From assembly GCF_036321535.1 (NCBI RefSeq), contig NC_087437.1, positions 100,194,001 through 100,258,000 of the forward strand: 64,000 nucleotides of DNA, written 5' to 3'. Shown piece by piece: positions 25,941 through 37,080 of the stretch (the stretch's first letter is position 1; every line of letters starts with the position of its first letter). Source of the DNA: Camelus dromedarius (taxonomy: Eukaryota). The notes beneath the pieces were generated by a model. It had not been told where the DNA came from, did no database searches, and saw only the letters and a program-made list of their open reading frames with translations. The position numbers and the translations under genes are program-made.

Positions 25941-26624
25941 GAGAGAGGTCTTGAGTCTAAAGATGGTCAGATTCTTCAAGAATCATCTATCTTCATTCCT
26001 GACCCCAGGTTCTACGTTCTAGGAAGATGTGTTCTGATGGAGCCCACCTCCCTCTCTATTTCCTCTGAAACCCCTCAGGATTGATGTGTATAGTCTGCAC
26101 CTGGCCCCATGTGCACTTGCAGATGGCTGAATGTGTAGTCAGTTTCCTGGGGGAGTGGGGAGGATAAAGGGAAGTGATGGGAGTTCCTACTTCCCCTAGT
26201 GGGCGGGATCCCCTAGATGTAAGGACCAAACTCCCCCCGTTGAATCAGGAGAACTCTGAAGGCAGAAGTGCTCTCTTCTCTGGCCTGTGGATCTTCCTCT
26301 ACAGCCCGAGGCTTAGCGCACAGATAGAGAAGTTAGCTCATCGCGTTGCCTGAACAACCAGCCGGCAGGTCTATGTGAGTGTGAGAAAACGACCTGCCCA
26401 GGGATGGTCCCCCACTGCTCCCCTCAAATCATGTCCCCAATTAGGGCTATGACCCACCTTCCTTCCCAAATCTCCATTTGCTCATGTACAAATTTCCAAG
26501 CCACAGCCAACAGGGTCCAGGCCCTGGCTAGCAGCTCTTTTGAAATGTTTTCCCCCAAATCTCCACCAAATGAGAGCTGGATTATAAGGACATTTTTCAT
26601 TAAAAAAAAAAAAAGGAAAAAAGA

Positions 26625-26968
26625 ACCAAGTGGAAATGACTAACTGGCTCAGATACGGAGGAGTTTCCACCAACTTACTGGCTAGCTGCTTTTCAACTTT
26701 GTAGCTGGCAGCTGTTGGCTTAAGTGAAGACTTGATGGGGTGGCGTAGGGGAGGCTGGAGCTGGGGAGGTGGCAGGGAGGAGGGTGGGCAGGTCAGGCTT
26801 GGGGCCAAAGATGGGCACGCAAGCATGCACTGCGCCCTCTCCACCCCCTCACCCCCCCCCCAACTCCTGCCTGCTTCCCTAAAACAAACACATTGACACT
26901 CCTGAATCAATGATCCATCCGGGCTCTGTTACACAACTAAGCTGGCGGTAAAGCGAATTCAGGTAAAT
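26625..26968 (+). promoter_or_regulatory. Candidate promoter/enhancer, non-repeat, G/C-tract rich
   Basis: TGGAAATGACTAA (26631), kB-like AGGAGTTTCC (26659), E-box CAGCTG (26709), G-runs 26737-26804, C-runs 26835-26861, donor-like CAG|GTAAAT at 26962/3. Confidence 0.35.
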
Positions 26969-27039
26969 GGATTCTATTTTCTCTCGCTTCCCATTAGAAA
27001 GTTGAAGATCTATGTCCCCAGAGGAACACTTCCTCTAAC

Positions 27040-27197
27040 ACTTCCAAGTGTGGTCCTAGGACCAACAGCATCAGCATCACCTGGAGCTTGGTGCCAAGGC
27101 AGAAACTCTGCCTGACCCCAGATCTTCTGAATCAGAATCTGCACTTTTTAACCAGATCACCAAGTGTTTCACAGGCACATGAAAGGAAAACAGCACT
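27040..27197. mobile_element. MER5A hAT-Charlie MITE
   Basis: AAGTGTGGTCCTAGGACCAACAGCATCAGCATCACCTGGAGCTTG...CTGAATCAGAATCTGCACTTTTAAC. Confidence 0.85.
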
Positions 27198-27840
27198 TCT
27201 TTAGATGAGATATGCCCAGTTCTCGGGCTGAGGTCAACTCCCCTTACGACACTGCTGTTCCCAAGAAAATGGGAGCTGCTGCTGGGGAGTCTACCATGAC
27301 CTCCATCACTCACATGTATCCATGACGTGTCCTCAGCGTCTTCACTTACAGTGATAGGTCTGTAACGAGTAACAGATGATGACTTTAAATTCTCTGAATT
27401 AACAAAGTTTTGGCTTTCTATTAAAGAACCAACTTTGTGTTGGTTCCACTTGACACGGTATTCAATTCATAACATTCTCATGGAACAGAATCCTCACAAC
27501 TGCCAATGAGGATCAGTGCTATGAGCACATTACTCTTCTGTCTTATAAAACCGCAGCAACCTTGTGGTCTATTGCTGAGGCTCCAGGACGGTCCTCATGC
27601 TCTTTCTATGCAGACTACAAAGGTCCTCCTCCAGCTACGCATCCTAAATGCCGTGTTGCTACAGAGGCAGGGCTCTACGCCCTCCACACTGAAGCTGGCG
27701 TCCGTGAACGGTCCTTGGGCCTGGAAGTCTGGACGTCCTTACTGACACTTACAGCAGGCACAGAGGCAACGTCGGTGGAGAGGCAGGTGGGAAGACTGAC
27801 CAATGCCAATACAAATATAAAGATTACACAATCCTATTTA

Positions 27841-27973
27841 TTTTTTAATTTTATTTCACTTTTTATTATTTTTTTTTGCAGGGGAAGTAGTTAAGTTTGC
27901 TTATTTTGATGGAGGTACTGGGGATTGAACTCAGGACCTCATGGATGCTAAGCATGTGCTCTACCATCCTACC
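27841..27973 (-). mobile_element. tRNA-derived SINE (Vic-1-like)
   Basis: GGAGGTACTGGGGATTGAACTCAGGACCTCATGGATGCTAAGCATGTGCTCTACCA; perfect 16-bp TSD TACACAATCCTATTTA at 27825-27840 and 27974-27989. Confidence 0.93.
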
Positions 27974-29204
27974 TACACAATCCTATTTAAAAACATCCAG
28001 TGGCTGCCACACATAGGACACTATCCCAACTCCTTAGAACCGCATAAAGGACTATTTTACATGCAGGCACAACCAATGGTACCAGCTTCTTTGCCCACTT
28101 TGCATTCCAACTACATTCTTAACATCGCTGAACACTCCTTTTTATCTCTATGCTTTTGAAGATTCTTCCACCAAGAATTCCTTCCCCTACTTTGAGAGTT
28201 ATCCCATCCATCATTTATCCCTGTCCATCATTTGTTATTGATATAACTCACTATATTAACACACTTAGCCAAACTCCACAACAATGGCCAATCGGTTGAT
28301 GCTTTAAAAGTTCAGCATTTTCTGACTTTCTTTATCTCAGTATTTTAAAAATTGTAAGCAGTTAAGTACATCTTTATGAGTCAATTGCTGAATTGCTCAT
28401 TTTCAGTAAGAAGTCTCATGTCTTGCAGCCACAACTTTAGAAATAAATGTAAATGACTGACACAGAGACAGGATGCTAAATGAAGTGAAGTGAGGGCAAA
28501 CCAGTAGGGCAGGATGGAGGTGTCAAAACTGATTGGCCAGTGTACATTTTTAAAATGTGTGGACAGTATTCCCAGAGGCCAAACCCACTGGGTGACTGTT
28601 TTCAAAAATAACAACATAACCTTCTTAAGCCATTGTTTCATTCTGTGTGATACATTTATAAAACTGCTGCCTTAGGGACATTAGTTGCCGTGTTTACTTT
28701 GCTAATGAAACAAATGATTTTTATTTTTTTCCCTTAAGATGAGGAAATCTTGAATGCTGTTCACAGGCTGGGAGATCATTGGGCCAGTTACTCCCACAAC
28801 ATTCCTCCTCTGAGAGCATACAGCTCCTCTCTGATCTGGGGCTGTTCTTGTCGGCCTACTCTCTTTCACTATTAGGAAATGACATGTGCTTCAGCTTTAC
28901 TCCTTGAAGTAAGGTTCATTGCTGTATTTAAACATCATGTGACAAATAGATGCAAAATCTAAAGCTGTGTCCCCATTCCATTCCAAATTCCAGCATATAA
29001 ATAACTGATAGGCCAGGGAGAAAAAGGAAGAAGGGAATGAAGAGCTCGTAAGTCCATCGTACGTACCAGGTGAGGCTTCTAGATTGTAACTTCCCCCACA
29101 GCTGAGTGAGTCATCGCTGTAGCCCTGATCCCTGGCACAGTTCCCGGCACCCACACAGGCACCGTAAACATTTACTTACTGAAATGACCTAAATCCATCC
29201 CAGA

Positions 29205-29330
29205 TGTTGTTTCATTTAATCCTCACAACCACCCTCTGAATTTGGAAGTACTGTCTTCATTTGAGAAAGAGATTAAGTTACTTGCCCCAGGTCACACTGA
29301 AAGGCCTGATTGCTAACTAAGGATGTAAGA
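29205..29330 (-). mobile_element. MIR SINE fragment
   Basis: TCATTTAATCCTCACAACCACCCT...GATTAAGTTACTTGCCCCAGGTCACAC. Confidence 0.7.
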
Positions 29331-31409
29331 CTACAAGGAATCTAGAAGTCATCTAGAAAAATGTAACTTTTAATAGGTTAAAAAAAAACGTTCTTGAATT
29401 TAAGTCTCTGTCCACAGACCACATAAATTAAACCAAACAACACATTGCTGTAAGTGGGAAAGTCAAGACAAACTTGAGTTCAAGCTTGAAAATATTCTAC
29501 ACAGGAGTTTGACTAACACACGCTAACGCATAGGATGCAATTTGACATTTTGAGTCCTCCTGCAATGTGACAGGAACAAGATGACTAAGGAGGGAACTGA
29601 GCAATAGACTCTGCCCAGGTGTAAAAGACAGAAACATAAATAGAGTCACAGACTCTAAGCAGACTCTGTGCTTTTAGAGTTAAGAACCAAGCACTGTGGG
29701 GCACCAATGACAGAACAAATAACTCCACACGAAAGAAGACGACGACTAAGGATATTGTTAAAGAAACATTGCAGGAGCAAAGAACGGTTACAAAAGATCC
29801 TGACGTGGGAAGAGAATCGTGAAGAACTCCACGGATGGTTGCTCAGACTACGCGGGAGGAAAGGGTTGGACATAACATTGGAAATGCAGGCTGTTATCAG
29901 ATGTGGAGGGCTCTGCCCACATCCATTTGCCAAAAGGATAAGGATGATTCTCTGAATGTTCTACACCAAGTACCCAGAGGAAGACTCATGCGTGCTGGCT
30001 AACCCACGGCATCAGTGTATATCTCCTATCAGGTAACTTCCTTTAACTTACAGGGGCTCCTTTTCAACCTGTCTGTTTCCTTCTCTGTCTTTGATTATTC
30101 TGGAAGGAAAATGGGTCCGGTAATTGAAACTTGATCCAACTGAGGTTTGAGACATGATATGAGATTTCACATTAAAATATTCAAGTGCCTTTAAGAGCAT
30201 TGCTATAATCAGTAATTATTTTTGAATAAGTAATATAAATTATAATGTTGCCTAATATTTGAGAGGCTCTTGTGCCAAATACTCCTACCACATAGCTTTC
30301 CTAAGAGCATGCAACTCCCACGAGCCTGTGTGTACCTAACAATGGCATGTGCACATGACATCATGATTTCACTTATCAAAGGATAAAATGAGTCACATCT
30401 GAAACTGCTTCATCTCATGGAAGCCAAACAACCTGTCAGTTTCCAAGCTAGAGATCCAGTTTATTTTCCTGAGAGTTCATGGGCTAAAAATGCACGTCTT
30501 ATTCTACTCTGCTGAAGCAAGGAACGACTGTCTTCTGATTGGTGTACCTCCAAATCTGCTTTTTCTCATCTTGAGGAACTTGTGTTACTTCAAAACAGCA
30601 CAACAATTCTTTCTGCTATAATTTCTTCTTCTTTATTTGAGGATATGCTTCTAGGATTTCGTTCCTGATGCTGCCCATTTCCTCTTTCAGTCAGGCTCAC
30701 TTGAGTTTCACTCATTTCACCTAGTTCACAAGTTGATGCAGGAAGATTCCGCTTTCCTTTCCCTTTGCTTTCTAAGCCAGATATTTAGTTTCCTAATACA
30801 GTTCTCTGGATTTGGCTTTAATGGAGTGCCTGCTATGGGAAATATAAATTTAATGACTTCTCAGTTTCCGAAAGCATGCAACATCCAAACAAATCTTGTT
30901 CATCCTTATTTCCCCTACTTGTATAATTCTACATAAAATTCATCTTCTCATCAGTCTAATGTCTATCACAGACCTAACTTCTATTTATTATTGTCCTAGC
31001 TAGCACCCTTTTAGTCCTGGCTAGCTACCTTTCCTGGGGGTCTGAGGATTTTCTGAGCATAATCTCTGATGGCATGGACCTAACAAACTTACCCACTCAC
31101 CATCAATGTGTCATTTTGAAACTACCTAAAAGAGCCTCATGCATTCTGTGCAAATTTCCAAGTCTTCCACTTTCTCAAATCTGTCCACATTCTCTAAACC
31201 CTCCTCATACCTAGCTTTTTCCACCTCTGAAGGCTGGTTATTAGGTAGCATCCAGGGCTTCCACGAGGCGGAGCTCAGCACTTCCTCCCTTGTTCTGTCT
31301 TATGAGGTCAGTGCTATGTGCTCTCTATCGTCTTGTTTCTCTCCTGATATTGGAAATCTTTGGTCATATCCTTTCTTATTTGTCCCACCTTTAAGAGTAG
31401 CTGGGCTGA

Positions 31410-31885
31410 GTCTGAAAAGGCTACAAACTATACAATTCCAACCAAATGACATTCTGGAAAAGGCACAGCTACAGAAACAATAAAAAGATCGTGGTTTCCA
31501 GGGATCTGGGGGGAGGGAGGGAGGGAGGGAGGAATGAGTAGATGGAGCACAAGGGATTTTTAGGGCAATGAAATTATTCTGTATGATACTATAGTGATGG
31601 CTACATGTCATTATGTATTTGTCAAAACCCATAGAATGTACAACATCAAGAGTGAATCCAAATGTAAACTACAGACTTTGGTTGATAATAGCGTGCCCAT
31701 GTTGGTTCATCAATTGTACCAAATACGCCACACTGATGAGGGATGTTGAGGGTAGGGGAGTATGTATGTGTGTGTGGGGAGGGCTATATGTGAACTCTCT
31801 GATTTTCTGCTCAATTCTGTTGTGAACCTGAAACTGCTCTAAAAGAATAAAGTCTATTAAAAAAAAAAAAAAGAAGAAGAAGAAG
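31410..31885 (+). mobile_element. L1MC1-like 3' end with poly(A)/(AAG)n tail
   Basis: TCTGAAAAGGCTACA...ATGACATTCTGGAAAAGGC...GTCAAAACCCATAGAATGTACAACATCAAGAGTGAA...GAACCTGAAACTGCTCTAAAA; 17-bp TSD AAGAGTAGCTGGGCTGA (31393, 31886). Confidence 0.88.
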
Positions 31886-32229
31886 AAGAGTAGCTGGGCT
31901 GACCTAAACAGAGAAATAAATTTATTGGAAGGATATCATGTTTTCCACAACCTCAGGAAGATGAGAGCACTGTGTTCAGAATGGGCAGATAAAAAAGGGG
32001 GGCTATACCACCCACACCACACCTAAGATCATATCACAGCACCAGTCCAGCAAAAATGCAACCACGTATCAGAGACTCAGACACTAAACAGACAAAAAAA
32101 AAATGCTCCACTCCATCTTGATTGTGGTAGTCTGCCTTATGAAATAATGATTTGACCACCTATCTCTATGCAGTACTATAGTTAGGCTCCTTACATGGAA
32201 TATGCCTTTCTCAGCTTCCTTTACCTAGC

Positions 32230-32749
32230 ACTGCAGTTCCCAAACTATGCCTTAGGGTCACCCAGGAGACCCAACAGGGTGTTTTAAATTTTCAAGGACA
32301 ACATAGCAGCATCTGTCAGACACTACTACGACCTCGAGGTGATTCACATTTTCATTAGATCATGCTACATTCCTTTCAAAGACATTTCTTTCTCTGCAAA
32401 ACCAGGCTTTCAGTGGTTGCCGCAATCAAAAGCAAGCACCACGTGAAAATCACTGGGCAACAGGAAATGAGAGTGGCAATGTCCACTCATTCCAAGGTTG
32501 GTGAAGTTGGGCAGTCTCCAAGAGGTACACACATCCTGGTAGTAACTGTGTCAAGAATGAAACTAAACATTACTTTCTGTGTGTACATGTATTTGCTTTA
32601 TAAATAGCTACTTGTTTGTCAAAACACAAATACTTATTAGGTGTTAATAAATGGAACTGTTAAGTATTTCTCCTGGCCCAGGGGTGTTGTGGGAAAATAA
32701 TTATTGAGACACTAATGAACCATGAACCAAAACAGTTTAGGAAACTCTG
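32230..32749. mobile_element. hAT-Charlie non-autonomous DNA transposon
   Basis: TIR-like ends CAGTTCCCAAACT...AGTTTAGGAAACTCTG; internal GAACAGGAAATGAGAGTGGC-type transposase remnant. Confidence 0.6.
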
Positions 32750-32790
32750 AACTCCTGTGATGTCTATTGGTTAAAAATAAATAAATTCTC

Positions 32791-33591
32791 AATCATATGA
32801 TAAGTCTATTTTTAGTTTTTTAAAGAACCTCCATACTGTTTTTCAAAATGGCTGCACCAAACTACATTCCCACCAACAGTGCAAGAGGGTTGGTTCTCTT
32901 TACTCCACACCTTCTCCAGCATTTATTATTTGTAGACTTTTTGATAATGGTTAACTCTTGGTCATATATCTGGAGAAAACTCTAATTCAAAAAGATACAT
33001 GCACCTTAATGTTCATAGCAGCACTATTTACAATAGCCAAGACATGGAAGCAACCGAAATGTCCATCAACAGATGAATGGACAAAGAAGATGTGGTATAC
33101 ATATACATATATATTGTATTATATATAATGGAATACTATTCAGCCATAAAAAAGAATGAAATAATACCATTTGCAGCAACATGGATGGACCTAGAGATTA
33201 TTATACTAAGTGAAGTAAGTCAGACAGAGAAAGCCAAATATTATATAATGTCACTTATACGTGAAATCTAAAAAAAATGATACAAGTGAACTTATTCACA
33301 AAACAGAAATAGACTCACAGCCATAGATAATACACTTATGGTTACCAAAGGAGAAAGGGGGCAAGGGATAAATTAGAAATTTGGGATTAACAGATACATA
33401 CTACTTTATATAAAATAGATTAACAACAAGATCCTACTATATAACACAGGGAACTGTTTTCAATATCTTATAATAACTTATAATGGAAAAGAATCTTAAA
33501 AAGAATATATAGATACAGATAAGTGAATCACTATGCTGTACACCAGAAACTAACACAACATTGTAAATCAACTATACTTCAATCAAAAAAA
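32791..33591 (+). mobile_element. 5'-inverted (twin-primed) L1 3' portion
   Basis: 32791-32951 antisense L1 (AAGAACCTCCATACTGTTTT...CATTCCCACCAACAGTG); 32954-33591 sense L1 to poly(A), including peptide [31 protein letters not shown]. Confidence 0.92.
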
Positions 33592-33619
33592 CAGCATTCA
33601 TTTTTTTAAAAGAATATTA

Positions 33620-34165
33620 GATAGCCTCTGAAACGACCCCAAATGACCATCCCAAATGATCTCTTAATATTTATACTCTCTTACAGTCCTGTCCCCTAGA
33701 GTGCAGACTGAATCTACTAACTCAATTCTAATGACTAGAATACAGCAAAAGTGATGGATGCCACTATTAACATTAGGTTGCAAAAAGACTACTTCTGCCT
33801 GATGAGTCTCTTATTCTCTAAGTTGCTCTGAAGAAAGCCAGGTGCCATGAGTCAGCTGCCCATAACATGAGCTACTCTCTGGACAGGTCCATGTGGCAAG
33901 GAACAGAGAGAGACCTCCAGCCAACAGCCAGTGAAAATCTGAGGACTTCAGTGTAACAACCCATGAGCTACTGGATGTTGCCAAAAATCACATGAGCAAA
34001 CTTAGAAGTGGATCCTTCCCCAGTCAGGCTTTCAGATGAGATCATAGCTCTGCCAGACATCTTGATTGCAGCTTTGTGAAAGACTGTGAGGCAGAGGTGC
34101 ACAGATAAGCTGCAGCTAGATTCCTGGCCAACAAAAACTGTGAGGCAATAAATGTTTGTAGGTTA
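33620..34165 (+). mobile_element. MaLR LTR (MLT1E/F-like), 5' piece
   Basis: AATGACTAGAATACAGCAAAAGTGATGGATGCCAC; CCATGTGGCAAGGAAC; GAAGTGGATCCTTCCCCAGTC; AAACTGTGAGGCAATAAATGTTTGT. Confidence 0.85.
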
Positions 34166-34169
34166 TTGG

Positions 34170-37045
34170 AGATCGAGATGGCAGAGCAGGAAGACACAGA
34201 GCTCACCTCCCCTCATGTATACATCTACATGTGGAGCAATTTTCACTGAAAACAAACTGGAGACTAGCAGAAAGACTCCTGTACAACCAAGATTATAAAG
34301 AAAGATCCACACAGATTCAGGTAGGAAGGAAAGAAAAGAGATCAGGTTGGTAACTGAATCCCTAGGAAAGAACACAGAAGAGGAGGGGATTACATGGGCT
34401 CAAAGATCCTCCCTGGGGAGCAAGCAGTTTGAACCACATATAGGGCACCCTAGTCCTGGGGTCTGACACCAGGAAGACAAGTCCCCTCAGCTGATTTGAA
34501 AACTAGTAGGACAAACAGAAGGGCTGTAAGAAACCTAGACCTTGTTCATGACGAGCACATACACACTTGCTTACACCCCAGGAACAAATCAGAGGAAGCA
34601 GACTGAAACTGCCTGGGACTCTGGCCAGTTTCCTATGACCAGCCCAGCACATGCCCCAGCCCATGCCAAGCCCTCTTGTTCTGGCACAGCCCTCCAATAG
34701 GCTGAAGGCTGCCATTGCCAAGGAGAGTGAGCAATTAAGGGATAAGGAAACTGCTCAGACCCAGCATGGCATCTAAACAGGGCAGAGATGGCCACTGCTC
34801 AAAGAGGCAGCAGATCAGGAGCAGCCTAGAGCTCTAGTGCGCTAGGACCATCCCAGCTCACACCCATGCTGAATGCCCACTCCAGCCCCTCTTGCTCCAG
34901 TGCTGCTCCCCTTTGAGGCAAAAGTATCAATCCTGGCAGGAGGGAGAGCTCACACTTAGAAGGAATGGAACCAACTCAAATTTGACCATAAGGGCTTCTA
35001 CTCCAGCACTTTGGAACCCAACCCCACCCCCAGATATGGTGGTGTCAGCCACTGAGCAAAGGAGAAGCCCCAGCTCATACCTGGTTCTGGCCCTAGCCCC
35101 TCTGTCTCCAGACCCGCCTACAAAAAGGTGATGGCTACCAGCACACTGCAGGGAAGACATGATGTGCTCATTTCAGATCCAGCTCTCTAACCAAAGACAC
35201 TGGGCACATGTAGGCTGTATAGGGATGCTTCCACATAGGACACCCCTTTAAGGCCAGAGCAGGTTAACTGTTTTACTTAATTTCATAGAGACAGAGAAAG
35301 TTAAGCAAAATGAAAAGACAGAGGAATTTGTTTCAAATGAAAGAACAAGAAAAAAAAATACTCTGAAAAAGAATAGATAAACATAATGAGAATTTTAACA
35401 AAGAACTAGAAAATATAAAATAGATAGAACCAGTTAGAGCCAAAGAATACAGTAACTGAAATGAATAACACAATGGAAGGAATTAACAGCAGACTGGGTG
35501 ATACAGAGGAACAGATAAACACTCTGGAAGATAAAATAATGGAAATTACCCAATCAAAACAGCAAAAAGAAAAACAAATTTTAAAAATGAGAAAAGCTTA
35601 ACGGACCTCTGGAACAACATCAAGCATAATAACATTTACATTATAGGTGTCCCAGAATGAGAAGAGAGAGAGAAAAGGGTCAAAAAATGTATCTGATAAA
35701 ATCCATGGCTGAAAACATCCCAAACCTGAAAAAGGAAACAGATACCCAGGTACAGGAAGCAAAGACAGTCCCAACAAGATGAACCCAAAGAGACTTACAC
35801 CAAAATGTATCATAATTAAAATGGCAAAAGTTAAAGAGAGAATAATTAAAATGGCAAAAGTTAAAGAGGGAAATCTAAAGGAAGCAAAGAAAAAACACAA
35901 GTCATATACAAGGGATCCTCCATAAGACTATTAGCTGATTCTTCTGCAGAAACTTTGCAGGCAAGAAGAGAGTGGCATGTTATATTTAAAGTGCTGACCC
36001 AATGTTCATAGCAGCACTATTTACAATAGCCAAGACATGGGAACAGCCTAAATGTCCATCGACAGATGACTGGATAAAGAAGATGTGGTATATTTATACA
36101 GTGGAATACTATTCAGCCATAAAAACCGACAACATAACCCCATTTGCAGCAACATGGATGTTCCTGTAGAATGTCATTCTAAGTGAAGTAAGCCAGAAAG
36201 AGAAAGAAAAATACCGTATGAGATCGCTCATATGAGGAATCTAAAAAAAAAACCAAAAACGAAACAAAACATAAATACAAAACAGAAACAGACTCATAGA
36301 CATAGAATACAAACTTGTGGTTGCCAAAAGGGCAGGGGGTGGGAAGGGACAGACTGCGATTTCAAAATGTAGAACAGATAAACAAGATTATACTGTATAG
36401 CACAGGGAAATATATACAAGATCTTGTGGTAGCTCACAGCGAAAATAAATGTGACAATGGATATATGTATGTTCATGTATAACTGAAAAATTGTGCTGTA
36501 CACTGGAATTTGACACAACATTGTAAAATGACTATAACTCAATTAAAAAATGTTTAAACAATAAAAAATAAAAATTAATAAAAATAAAAAATTACATTGT
36601 CCAAAAAATAAATAAACAAATAAAGTGCTGAAAGGGAAAAACCTACAACCTAGGATACTTTACCCAACAAGATTTTCAGAATTGAAGGAGACATAAAGCA
36701 CTTCTCAGGCAAGCAGAAACTGAAAGAGTTTATCAATGCTAAACTGACTCTAAAAAGAAATGTCAAAGGGGCTTCTCTAACTAAAAAAGAAAAGGCTACA
36801 ACAAGAACTAAGAATTTATAGGAAAAGAAAAATCTCACTTGCAAAGGCAAATATATAGTAAAGAATGTGGATCAACCATTTAAATAATCTAGTACAAAGA
36901 TTAAAAGACAAAAATTATAAAACTATAACAATAATAATAAGTTAAAGACATGTAGATGTAAAATGTAAGATCAAAAACACAAAATGTGGAGGGAGGAAGA
37001 AAAAATGTTTACTTTTAGAATGTGACTGAACTGAAATGAATACCA
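34170..37045 (+). mobile_element. L1 5' half (5' UTR, ORF1, inter-ORF), ORF2 absent
   Basis: Starts GATCGAGATGGCAGAGCAGGAAGAC; GC-richer UTR; ORF1-like ATGAAAAGACAGAGGAATTTGTTTCAAATGAAAGAACAAG, CTCTGGAACAACATCAAGC, CAGAAACTTTGCAGGCAAGAAGAGAGTGGC, CAACCTAGGATACTTTACCCA. Confidence 0.85.
35998..36620 (+). mobile_element. Young camelid-type L1 3' end inserted in older L1 ORF1
   Basis: CCCAATGTTCATAGCAGCACTATTTACAATAGCCAAGAC...ACTATAACTCAATTAAAAAA; TSD TAAAGTGCTGA at 35987 and 36621. Confidence 0.93.
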
Positions 37046-37080
37046 GGGACTTTGCTATGGCAGCCCTAGCATAAGAATAC
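37046..37080 (+). mobile_element. MaLR LTR 3' terminal piece (continuation of 33620-34165)
   Basis: GGGACTTTGCTATGGCAGCCCTAGCATAAGAATAC resembles the MLT1 terminus TTTGTTATGGCAGCNATAGNAAACTAATACA. Confidence 0.6.

Noticed and set aside
27550..27800. CpG-retaining stretch with two overlapping ORFs and a possible 43-nt minus-strand exon
   Set aside because: No recognisable protein, weak acceptor, too short for a CpG island; unsupported.
29668..29955. 95-aa basic ORF (…HERRRRLRILLKKH…) with several CpGs
   Set aside because: No recognisable domain, a non-ATG start in the track and no flanking splice structure; the 3' part resembles an antisense L2 relic.
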